DNA of 32,000 bases from Telmatocola sphagniphila (lineage in GTDB: Bacteria; Planctomycetota; Planctomycetia; Gemmatales; Gemmataceae). Positions 16,196 through 24,142 of the stretch are shown in pieces. Both the position numbers and the translations under genes were made by a program. The stretch's first letter is position 1; each line of letters begins with the position of its first letter. The notes under the pieces were generated by a model that made no database searches, was not told where the DNA came from, and saw only the letters and a program-made list of their open reading frames with translations. The DNA lies in assembly GCF_018398935.1 (NCBI RefSeq), contig NZ_CP074694.1:6560642-6592641 (forward strand), in the 5' to 3' direction.

Positions 16196-17332
16196 ATGTC
16201 CAACAACCAACAAATCGAAGACGCCTCTTACACCCCCGTTGAAAACCGAGCCCTGGCCACGCTGCCCGTCGCCAATCGAGCTGTCCTCACCCGCGAGGCC
16301 CTCGATCGAGCGACCGAGGAACGCCGACTGCTGGGCGAATACATCGCCAGCAACATGATCCTGGAGGTGGATTACGGCACCGTCCCGGGCACCAACAAGC
16401 GGACCCTCTACAAGCCCGGTGCCGAGAAGCTCACCCAGCTCTTCCAGTGTACGCCGCATTACGTTCTCGAAGACAAGAAGGAAGACTGGACGGCCCCGCT
16501 GTTCTTCTACCGCTACTCCTGCCAGCTGCTTAACGTCCACGGCGTGGCGGTCGAGGAAGGGGTCGGCTGCTGCAGCTCTTGGGAATCGAAGTACCGCTTC
16601 CGCAACGAAAGCAAGAAGTGTCCGGCCTGCGGCAAGGCCACCATTATCAAGAGCAAAGCAGAGTACGGCGGCGGCTGGTACTGCAACAAAAAGCGGGACG
16701 GCTGCGGAGCCAAGTTCGGCGACGATGCCCCAGGAATCGTCGATCAAAAGACCGGCCAGGTCGACAATCCGGAGATCTACGACCAGATCAACACCATCCT
16801 CAAGATGGCCAAAAAGCGTGCCCTCATCGACGCCGCGATCTCGCTGACCCGGTGCAGCGATTTATTCACCGCCGGTGGCGGGGACGATGACCAGGGGGGC
16901 AACAACAAAGGGAAGAAGCCCGCGGGAGCGGCCGCTGGCGGAGGGCTCCAAGACAAGGATCTGGTCGATACCCTGGCCAAGACCTACCGCCAGGCCAAGA
17001 CTCGGGCCGACGTCCTCCTGGTCAACAAGCAAGTTGACGAGAACCACGACAAGCTCACTCCCAAGGGCAAGGAGCATCTCCTGGGGATAGCCCGGGAGGT
17101 CTGGAAATCGCTTCCGGAGGATCCCAACGCCTCGCCCGCTACCACTCCCGCCGATCAGATCCTAGCCAACCTGAAGAAGCTCGGGCTGACCTGGAGCCAA
17201 TGGGCACCCACCGCTACCCAGCTCCTCGATCGGGAGACGCTCAAAGCTCTGCCCGCCGGCTGGGGCCTGAATCATCTGAAGCCCGCTGACCTCGACAAGC
17301 TCCTTCAGAAAACCAACCAGCTCGCCAACTAA
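16196..17332 (+). CDS. conserved phage early protein with an embedded C4 zinc ribbon; possible ssDNA-binding/annealing (recombination) function
   Basis: 378 aa. Motifs DYGTVPGTNKRTLYKPGAEKLTQLF and ILKMAKKRALIDAAISLTRCSDLFT resemble segments seen in phage recombinase-type proteins (I recognise the pattern but cannot name the family). The ribbon is CPACG...CNKKRDGCG. The function is a guess. Confidence 0.3.
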   Translation: MSNNQQIEDASYTPVENRALATLPVANRAVLTREALDRATEERRLLGEYIASNMILEVDYGTVPGTNKRTLYKPGAEKLTQLFQCTPHYVLEDKKEDWTAPLFFYRYSCQLLNVHGVAVEEGVGCCSSWESKYRFRNESKKCPACGKATIIKSKAEYGGGWYCNKKRDGCGAKFGDDAPGIVDQKTGQVDNPEIYDQINTILKMAKKRALIDAAISLTRCSDLFTAGGGDDDQGGNNKGKKPAGAAAGGGLQDKDLVDTLAKTYRQAKTRADVLLVNKQVDENHDKLTPKGKEHLLGIAREVWKSLPEDPNASPATTPADQILANLKKLGLTWSQWAPTATQLLDRETLKALPAGWGLNHLKPADLDKLLQKTNQLAN

Positions 17333-17350
17333 CACCACCGGAGACGCACC

Positions 17351-17623
17351 ATGAGATCTGCTCTTGCTCATCTGCTCCGCCGGGTTGCGGAGCGACTGAA
17401 TCCCAAAGTCGGCGGGTCGACCACGAACCTGCCGACGATCCACAGCACCGCGGGCGAGGTGACCCTCTCGTTCTGCAGTGGCCAACAGCTCTGCTTCCTC
17501 AAGCCCGAGGAGGCTTTTAAACTCGCCCTGCGAATTCACCTGGCGGCGGGCCGGGCGGAGGAGCTGGGCCGCCTGGCGGCGATCCACTTCGCGGCGACGG
17601 GGGAGACAAACCCCCATGTCTAA
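17351..17623 (+). CDS. hypothetical protein
   Basis: 90-aa ORF with high third-position GC. Its stop overlaps the next gene's start (17616). Confidence 0.55.
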   Translation: MRSALAHLLRRVAERLNPKVGGSTTNLPTIHSTAGEVTLSFCSGQQLCFLKPEEAFKLALRIHLAAGRAEELGRLAAIHFAATGETNPHV

Positions 17624-18587
17624 CGACTGGATTAAGTTCCGGGTCAAGCTCGTCACGGATGGCCGCGTGCGTTCTGCAGCTCGCAAGTCGAAGCAGAAGC
17701 CTGCGACCATCCTGGGCGGGCTCTTGATACTCTGGTCTCTCGCTGACAGCCACGCTGAGGATGATGGAACTCTTCCCGGATACACCTTCGAAGACGTCGA
17801 CGAGCTGGTCGGCGTCAAGGGCTTTGCCGCCTCGCTTCCCCCCGACTGGATCATCGAAGCTGAAACGGGGATCCTGTTGCCGAATTACTCGCAGCACAAC
17901 GGAAACACCGCCAAGCGGCGAGCGGAAAGTAACAGGCGTGTAGCAGAGTTTCGGGAAATTCGTAACGGGAATGCAACGCAATCGAAACCAACTGGTAACG
18001 CGGCTGTAACGCAAAGTGCGTTACAGAACGGCGACAACCCCGTTACCGAATGCGTTACCAGAGAAAGAGAAGAGAAAGAGAAGAGAAGAGAAGAGACAGA
18101 AAGAGAGAGTGCGGCTAGCGCCGCTCGCCCTCCCAAAACGCCCCGGAAGAAGACCTCGGCCCCCGCGAAACCTCGCCCCCGAAACCCGCTGTTCGATGCC
18201 CTGGTTTCCGTCACAGGCGTGGATCCGACTACTGCCGGCGGCCTGATCGCCTCGGTAGCGGCGAAGCTGGTCCAGGCGGATCCGCCCTACACGCCGGCCG
18301 ACGTCGAGATCTTTGCGAAAAACTTCCCCATCTGGTGCCCTTACGCCGAGGGCCGATTAACTCCCACGCCGAAAGAAATCGAGAAAAACATCGGGTTCGT
18401 TCGCAACCCGCCGAAGTTCTCCCACCGCGTCTCCCAGCCGGAGTTGCGGGCCGAGGATGACCCAGGTTTTCTTGCCGTAACGCCGAGCGCGCCCATGACC
18501 AAAGCACGCTCTCGCGAGATCATTCATGGTCCCAACTGGCAACAAATCGACCCACTCACCACCCTTGAAGAAGCAACCCAGCCATGA
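17616..18587 (+). CDS. putative replication initiator / replisome organizer
   Basis: From ATG 17616: MSNDWIKFRVKLVTDGRVRSAA...LWSLADSHAEDDGTLPGYTFEDVDELVG resembles phage replisome-organizer N-terminal domains. It sits directly upstream of the primase-helicase (ATGA overlap at 18584-18587). A central low-complexity linker carries an iteron-like repeat cluster. Confidence 0.5.
   Translation: MSNDWIKFRVKLVTDGRVRSAARKSKQKPATILGGLLILWSLADSHAEDDGTLPGYTFEDVDELVGVKGFAASLPPDWIIEAETGILLPNYSQHNGNTAKRRAESNRRVAEFREIRNGNATQSKPTGNAAVTQSALQNGDNPVTECVTREREEKEKRREETERESAASAARPPKTPRKKTSAPAKPRPRNPLFDALVSVTGVDPTTAGGLIASVAAKLVQADPPYTPADVEIFAKNFPIWCPYAEGRLTPTPKEIEKNIGFVRNPPKFSHRVSQPELRAEDDPGFLAVTPSAPMTKARSREIIHGPNWQQIDPLTTLEEATQP
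17929..18109. repeat. GTAACG/CGTTAC iteron-like cluster plus a 50-nt polypurine tract (candidate phage origin inside the replication gene)
   Basis: GTAAC at 17929, 17962, 17995 and 18006. GTTAC at 18020, 18042 and 18054. Perfect palindrome TGTAACGCA-AAG-TGCGTTACA at 18005-18025. The polypurine run 18060-18109 has a single C (18097). Confidence 0.55.
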
Positions 18588-20422
18588 TCGAAAATCAAGA
18601 ATGTTTTGACCCTCAGGCCCTGCTGGCAGCTCTGGCGGAAGCCGGTGCGGAGATCCACAGCCCCTCCAAGATCCGATGCCCGTTTCACGACGACACGAAC
18701 CCTTCCGCTTCGATCTACGAGGAAGGCGGACATTGGCGATTCAAATGTTTTGCGGCCAACTGCGGATTCCTCGGCGACGTGCTTGATGTGCGGCGTCAGC
18801 AGGCCGGCGGTGGCAACCGCTTGGGCTCCGCGTTCAACCGGCAAACTCTTCTGAAGCCCGGCGCTCCGATGGGCTACGACACTCCCAGACCGCCTAAGCC
18901 CTATCTAACGCTGGAGGCCCTGGTACAATCCGAGCCGAATTGCAAAGAGCATTATCGCTACACAGACCCGGAGACCGGCACGGTCGATATGCTTGTGCTT
19001 CGCATCGAACCGCCGGGCGAAAAGAAGCGGTTCGTGCAGTGCCACTTTTCGGCGGAGTATGCGGGCTGGATTAAGAAGCATCCGCCGCTTCCGTTTCCGA
19101 TTTACAACCGCAAGCGGGTCCTGACCGCCAAAGTGGTAATCGTCGTCGAGGGCGAGAAGTGCGTTCACGCCTTGCAGTCGATCGGTATGGTGGCCACGAC
19201 TTGCCCAGGAGGAGCTCGGCGGAGTTTCAAAACTAACAAGGGGACTGCGGAAGAAGCGGACTGGCGACCATTGGCCGGGAAGATCGTTTTCCTCTGGCCC
19301 GACAACGACGTCGTCGACCCAAAGACTGGCAAGCGCGGCGGCGTCGAGCACATGCGGGCGGTAGCGGCCGAACTCGCCCAGCTCGAACCGCCGTGCAAGT
19401 TGATGTGGATCGACCCGGATGCGATTGCCAACAATCCCCCCAAGGGAGATGCTGCCGATTTCGTAGCGCGTTTTGCGGGTCAGAATAGGTCTGAGGAAGA
19501 TCTCCGGGATCAGGTGGTTTTGGAGGTGCTGGATAAAGCGGTCCCGTTAGGCGGCCCGGCTCAATCCCTGGAGCAGTTGATCGAAGACACGATCGCCGGC
19601 AAGCGTACATCGATCGAATGGCCCTGGCGTCAATTTACCATTTTGACGCAGGCCCTGCTGCCGGGAACCGTGACGATCTTCTGCGGTGAGCCCGGATCCG
19701 GAAAGAGCTTCATGCTCCTGCAGGCGATGTTCCACCTTTTTGAAAACGGCGTACCTTTGGCGATGTACATGCTGGAGGATGGAATCGACATCCATCTGCT
19801 TCGCGTTCTGGCCCAGCTCTCGAACAAATCGGATATAACCAACGCCAGCTGGGTGAAGGACAATGGCCCCTTCATTCAGTCCTGTTTGTCCATTCACAAA
19901 ACGGTCTTGGATCAATTCTCCCGATGCCTGACTGCTGAAGGGGAATCCAACGATATCCCGACCTATGCGATGCTCTTGAACTGGATCGAAAAGAAGATGC
20001 AGGCGGGGGCTCGAGTGGTAGTCGTCGATCCGATCACGGCTGCGTCACCAGCGGAAAAGCCATGGGTCGAGGATAAGAATTTCCTCCTGGCGGTAAAGCG
20101 GCTGGCTGTCCGATTCGGGTCCTCGATCATCCTGACGACTCACCCCAAGAAGCAGGGCCGCAGCAACAACCATTTGGACGATCTCGCCGGCGGAGCAGGT
20201 TTCGCTCGATTCACGCATACGATCGTCTGGCTGAAGCGACTCGATAAACCGGAGACCAGCACCGTGTACCCCGGCTGGGGCGGCTCAATTTCGGTCAAAC
20301 ACAATCGCATACTGCACATTGTTAAGACCCGAAACGCCCAGGGGGCCGGCGTCGACCTGGCCTTCAGCTTCAGCACTGAATCTCTGAAGTTCAAAGAAGA
20401 AGGCATCATCGAGAAGGATTAG
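18584..20422 (+). CDS. bifunctional DNA primase / replicative helicase (CHC2 zinc finger, Toprim, RecA-like P-loop domain)
   Basis: CPFHDDTNPSASI...KCFAANCG zinc finger. Toprim motifs VVIVVEGEKC and LWPDNDVVD. Walker A GEPGSGKS and Walker B-like ARVVVVDP. C-terminus of DnaB/RepA type. Confidence 0.85.
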   Translation: MIENQECFDPQALLAALAEAGAEIHSPSKIRCPFHDDTNPSASIYEEGGHWRFKCFAANCGFLGDVLDVRRQQAGGGNRLGSAFNRQTLLKPGAPMGYDTPRPPKPYLTLEALVQSEPNCKEHYRYTDPETGTVDMLVLRIEPPGEKKRFVQCHFSAEYAGWIKKHPPLPFPIYNRKRVLTAKVVIVVEGEKCVHALQSIGMVATTCPGGARRSFKTNKGTAEEADWRPLAGKIVFLWPDNDVVDPKTGKRGGVEHMRAVAAELAQLEPPCKLMWIDPDAIANNPPKGDAADFVARFAGQNRSEEDLRDQVVLEVLDKAVPLGGPAQSLEQLIEDTIAGKRTSIEWPWRQFTILTQALLPGTVTIFCGEPGSGKSFMLLQAMFHLFENGVPLAMYMLEDGIDIHLLRVLAQLSNKSDITNASWVKDNGPFIQSCLSIHKTVLDQFSRCLTAEGESNDIPTYAMLLNWIEKKMQAGARVVVVDPITAASPAEKPWVEDKNFLLAVKRLAVRFGSSIILTTHPKKQGRSNNHLDDLAGGAGFARFTHTIVWLKRLDKPETSTVYPGWGGSISVKHNRILHIVKTRNAQGAGVDLAFSFSTESLKFKEEGIIEKD

Positions 20423-20424
20423 CG

Positions 20425-20793
20425 ATGGGATTCAAACTCCCCAAAGGATTCCAGGGTCTCGGCTCGCCGGTTCTCGGGACGGAACTGCAGGCCCAGATCC
20501 TCGAGCTGCTCGCCCTGCACCGGATAGATGCCTGGCGGCAGAACTCGGGCGTGGCGGTCTACATGGGCCGGGACGGCAAGAAGCGTTACGTGCGTTACCT
20601 CGGCGTCGACGGGGCGGCGGACATCAGCGGGATTCTTCCTGCGAATGGCCGGCGGCTCGAAATCGAGGTCAAGAAAGAGGGCGAGGAACCGGAGCCGCAC
20701 CAGCTCGCCTTCCTCGCCATGATCAATCGCAACGGAGGAAAGGCCTTCGTTGCCCGCAGTGTTCAAGACGTCCAGCGCGAGCTGGGCCTGTAA
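20425..20793 (+). CDS. VRR-NUC domain nuclease (PD-(D/E)xK)
   Basis: 122 aa. ...GVDGAADISGILPANGRRLEIEVKKEGEEPEPHQLAFLAMINRNGGKAFVARS matches the D...E-x-K...Q VRR-NUC layout. Confidence 0.7.
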   Translation: MGFKLPKGFQGLGSPVLGTELQAQILELLALHRIDAWRQNSGVAVYMGRDGKKRYVRYLGVDGAADISGILPANGRRLEIEVKKEGEEPEPHQLAFLAMINRNGGKAFVARSVQDVQRELGL

Positions 20794-20837
20794 TCCGAAA
20801 ATGCAAAATTGCGATTTCTCGCAAAAAGGAGTTAGCC

Positions 20838-22079
20838 ATGTTCCAAATCGAATGTGCCCCGGCCGATCTCGCCCAGGCGATCGCCTCGGTCGAGCGAGGC
20901 TGTTATCCCTCCGCCGTCAAGCCGGTACTGGGGATGGTGAAAGTGACCGCCGATCGCGAGGAGGGGATTCTCTTCGAGGCGACCGATCTCAATGGCGGGA
21001 TCCGTCGCCGCCTTGAGAAAGCCACGGTGCAGGACGAAGGCGCGATCCTGATCCACCCGGCCCTGGTCGGCCAGTACGCCTCGCAGTGCCGCGATGAGCT
21101 GCTGACGCTCGCCGGCAACGGGAGCGCGACCTCGATCACCACCTTCCGCACCGAGTGGGAGATGCCCGCCGAGGATGTCGGGCTCTTCCCGCCGCTGGCC
21201 GAGATCCCGAGCGGTCCGGAGACGATCGAGGTCAACCAGAAAGATCTGCACCGCGTGCTCAATAGCGTGCTGTTCGCCGCCAGGAACTTCGGGGAGACTG
21301 CCAAGTTCGGCTCCTCCGATGGCAAGGCGATCATCATCCTCGAAGTGGAAAAAAACCTCTTAAGGGCGATCGGCACCGATCTCAAGCATCTGGCGGTTGC
21401 GGAGGTTCACGCCCGCGTGCACCACTCTCTGATCGGTTTTTCCTGCATGGTGCCGGTCGGCTCGATCCGCATGTTGCTGGAAAATCTGGAAAGCGTCGAG
21501 GAGCTGGCCATGGTCTTGATCCGCCGCCAGGGCCACGGCCTGTTGAGCTTCAGCGCGAAGACCTGGGACATCATCGCCCGTCTGGCCGAGGGCCGCTCGC
21601 CCCCTTGGAAGAAAATCATCCCGACGAATCCCAAAGGCAAGATCACGGCGGACGGTGATTCCTTGAGCCGGGCCTTCCGCCAGGCGGCGATCTTCGCCAA
21701 TCAGGAGTACCACACCGTCCGCCTGAGCTTCACCGCCGCCGTGGGTCCGCACACCAAGGAAGGCATCACCTTCGATACGTTGTCGCGAACGGGCGAGCGC
21801 AGCCAGGTCGACCTCGACTGCAATTACCAGGGACCCGATCTGTCGATCGCCATCGACGTCCGCTATCCGATCCGCTTTCTGGAAGCGAGCCGCCACGACC
21901 AGGCTACCGAGGTCACGATCGAGATTACCAGCGACCAGAAACCGCTGGTCTTCCGGCGCGGTCCTAAGGTGCTGTTCATCATGGCTCCGCTCGATCTGAA
22001 AGCAATCGAAGCGGCCCGGGTGGCCAAGCTGGAGGAAGAAGCCGAGAAGGAAGCCCGGAAGAAAGCGGCCGCCGCGTGA
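20838..22079 (+). CDS. dnaN: DNA polymerase III beta sliding-clamp homolog (phage-encoded)
   Basis: 413 aa. The N-terminus L..AI..V.........PVLGMV...........FEATDL, a mid-region AIGTDLKHLAV (compare ATDGHRLA), ...GRSPPWKKIIP (compare G.FP.Y..VIP) and the C-terminal ...PLVFR....VLFIMAPL follow the three-domain DnaN pattern. RBS AAAGGAG. Confidence 0.75.
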   Translation: MFQIECAPADLAQAIASVERGCYPSAVKPVLGMVKVTADREEGILFEATDLNGGIRRRLEKATVQDEGAILIHPALVGQYASQCRDELLTLAGNGSATSITTFRTEWEMPAEDVGLFPPLAEIPSGPETIEVNQKDLHRVLNSVLFAARNFGETAKFGSSDGKAIIILEVEKNLLRAIGTDLKHLAVAEVHARVHHSLIGFSCMVPVGSIRMLLENLESVEELAMVLIRRQGHGLLSFSAKTWDIIARLAEGRSPPWKKIIPTNPKGKITADGDSLSRAFRQAAIFANQEYHTVRLSFTAAVGPHTKEGITFDTLSRTGERSQVDLDCNYQGPDLSIAIDVRYPIRFLEASRHDQATEVTIEITSDQKPLVFRRGPKVLFIMAPLDLKAIEAARVAKLEEEAEKEARKKAAAA

Positions 22080-22513
22080 GCCAGGCCAACTTATTTGATG
22101 AACCCGAGGAAGAGCGATCGCCGGCGGAGGATGCCATTCCTGCCCGGCCTCCGCTCAACTTCGATGGGCTGCTCGTGGAAACGCGGCGGAAGTTCGAGGC
22201 GGCTCACTCGACGTTCGACGATCAGGTGCGGGCCGCGCTTAAGCAGCTCACCCTGGCGGCGGGTCGCGGGATGGCCAATCTCGAATATCTCCGCTGGTTC
22301 AACGGGGAGCTGCCCTGGGTGCCGCGGCGGTTCCTGTCGATCGACGAAGCGGCCCGCTGCTTCCTTCGGCTGAGCCGCGACGGGCATGTCTACCAGTCGC
22401 AGGTGGCGAGAAAGAACGAATATGTGTGGTACCTGGCCGGCATCGAGCCCGATCCGATCGAGGACGAGCCGAGCCAGGTGCCGATCGCTGAAGAAGAAAT
22501 CATTCCCTTTTGA
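22076..22513 (+). CDS. hypothetical protein
   Basis: 145-aa ORF. The GTG start overlaps the clamp-gene stop (GTGA). High third-position GC. No motif recognised. Confidence 0.55.
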   Translation: MSQANLFDEPEEERSPAEDAIPARPPLNFDGLLVETRRKFEAAHSTFDDQVRAALKQLTLAAGRGMANLEYLRWFNGELPWVPRRFLSIDEAARCFLRLSRDGHVYQSQVARKNEYVWYLAGIEPDPIEDEPSQVPIAEEEIIPF

Positions 22514-22523
22514 AGGAGAGTTA

Positions 22524-22775
22524 ATGCCTGAATTACGTGAAGGAACCTGTGCGTCGTGCGGAGCCAAGATGCTCTGGTCAACGACAAAAAGCGGCCGCTC
22601 GATGCCCCTGGATACGGAGCCCGCCGCGACGGGAAACATTCTGCTGCACCCCGATGGGACTTGTGAAGTCGTTCCCTCAGCCGAGCTGGAAGCGAAGCGG
22701 AACGAGACACCGCTCTACCTGAGCCACTTCGCGACCTGCCCGGGTGCGGCCAGCCATCGGAAGCCTAAGGAGTGA
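22524..22775 (+). CDS. small zinc-ribbon-like protein
   Basis: ATG 22524 preceded by GAAGGAGAG. MPELREGTCASCGAKMLW...HFATCPG carries a CxxC plus distal Cys/His. The track's longer 22386 start overlaps the preceding gene. Confidence 0.55.
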   Translation: MPELREGTCASCGAKMLWSTTKSGRSMPLDTEPAATGNILLHPDGTCEVVPSAELEAKRNETPLYLSHFATCPGAASHRKPKE

Positions 22776-22778
22776 GAG

Positions 22779-22985
22779 ATGACCCGCCTTCCACCGCCCG
22801 ACATCTGCTGGTACGAGTTTCTGCTCAACCCGTTCGATGGGAAAGGCCGCCTGACCCTGGGCGAGAAAATCGTCTGCGTGAATGCCGTGATTCAGTACGA
22901 CCGGGAACAGGACATGATTGATAGGCTACTCGACGAATTGTGCGGGCCGGTGACCAAGGACCGCACTCTAACCGAAAGGAACTAA
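22779..22985 (+). CDS. hypothetical protein
   Basis: 68-aa ORF with AAGGAG upstream, tightly packed in the operon. Confidence 0.5.
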   Translation: MTRLPPPDICWYEFLLNPFDGKGRLTLGEKIVCVNAVIQYDREQDMIDRLLDELCGPVTKDRTLTERN

Positions 22986-22987
22986 AC

Positions 22988-23473
22988 GTGAACGCAACTC
23001 GCGAAATATATATCCGATGGCTGATCCGAAGCGATCTGAGCCGTGTCCTGGAGATCGAGCGGGACTGCTTCGACAACCCCTGGGACGCCGATGATTTCAA
23101 CGCCTGCCTCCGGCAACGCAATTGCATCGGCCAGGTGGCCGAGATCCGTTCAGTGCCGGGCGGACTGCCCGATCGCGTACTCGGCTTCATGATCTACGAG
23201 CTGGAGAAGGAGACGATCCGGGTCCGCAACTTCGCGGTCGATTCCCAGGCTCGCCGGACGGGAGTCGGGACCGCCCTGGTCGGCCGTCTGTTCCGCAAGC
23301 TCGGCCGCTTCGGCGAAGTGCGGCGATCGCGAATCGCGGTGATCCTTCGGGAGTCGAATCTGGACGCCCAGAGCTTTTATCGGCATTTCGGATTCAAGGC
23401 GGTGAAGGTCTTGAGGGCCTTCTACCAGGACACCGGCGAGGATGGCTACGAGCTGGTCTACCGGAGCAACTAA
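22988..23473 (+). CDS. GNAT family N-acetyltransferase, RimI-like
   Basis: IRWLIRSDLSRVLEIERDCFDNPWDADDFNACL... is the typical RimI N-terminus. The acetyl-CoA motif is VDSQARRTGVGTALV, followed by NLDAQSFYRHFGF. The start is probably GTG 22988, just after the previous stop. Confidence 0.75.
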   Translation: MNATREIYIRWLIRSDLSRVLEIERDCFDNPWDADDFNACLRQRNCIGQVAEIRSVPGGLPDRVLGFMIYELEKETIRVRNFAVDSQARRTGVGTALVGRLFRKLGRFGEVRRSRIAVILRESNLDAQSFYRHFGFKAVKVLRAFYQDTGEDGYELVYRSN

Positions 23474-23512
23474 CGTCCGCCCAGGGTCCGATTCTCTCAC
23501 ACGGTAACAGGA

Positions 23513-23935
23513 ATGATTCATATGGCAGTACGCCGCCGCAAGCTGGTTCTGGACCCGCCCGATTTGGAACTGTTGCTCGATCGACTGGAATCGGCTGTCG
23601 ATCCGATTTTTGAATTGGTCTGCGAACTTTTCGACGAGCACTACCAAGGCGCTGCCGAGGGGCAATTCGCCGAGGCCTGCCTCTTCGCCAACAAGATCGT
23701 CGGGATTCTGCTGATGCGAGCCCTGCCGGAAGAGTTCCTCTCGACCGCCCCAACGCCGACCCGGGCCGATGTCGGCACGCCCAAGAAGGTTGCCGTGCTG
23801 CGGCAGCGCTTTCGTCGTCAGCAGGAGCTCTTCAGCGAACTGGACGCCCAGGCCGATCAGTTCCGCTCCGGGCTCAAGGTGCGGAAACCGCAGGGAATCC
23901 GCCGGCCGATCGTGGTGGGGCGGGAAGCGGGGTGA
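23513..23935 (+). CDS. hypothetical protein
   Basis: 140-aa ORF, the last high-GC gene before the low-GC cassette. No motif recognised. Confidence 0.5.
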   Translation: MIHMAVRRRKLVLDPPDLELLLDRLESAVDPIFELVCELFDEHYQGAAEGQFAEACLFANKIVGILLMRALPEEFLSTAPTPTRADVGTPKKVAVLRQRFRRQQELFSELDAQADQFRSGLKVRKPQGIRRPIVVGREAG

Positions 23936-24142
23936 GGGAGAGAAATCGATCAGAATATGCTTTTACGCTAATGAATAAAGTGAGCTGAGGGTCGATTAGG
24001 AATAAGACCTTGTTGGGGTCAAGCTGGATACTTCATCACTCGACGAATCAGAACTGAGAAAAAATTTGGATTGCATTTGACAAGTTTGGCTCTAAAGCTG
24101 AAGATACGGCATCCTTCAATCCTAGAGCCTACCTAGAAAACT

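Noticed and set aside
18060-18109. AGAGAAG-type tandem repetition, considered as a CRISPR array or microsatellite.
   Set aside because: There is no repeat-spacer architecture. It is an in-frame polypurine tract encoding REREEKEKRREETERES inside the replication gene. I discuss it only as part of the candidate origin.
24077-24106. A promoter for the low-GC cassette: a TTGACA hexamer at 24077-24082.
   Set aside because: No acceptable -10 element appears at 16-18 nt spacing (GAAGAT/AAGATA), so I do not call a promoter from sequence alone.
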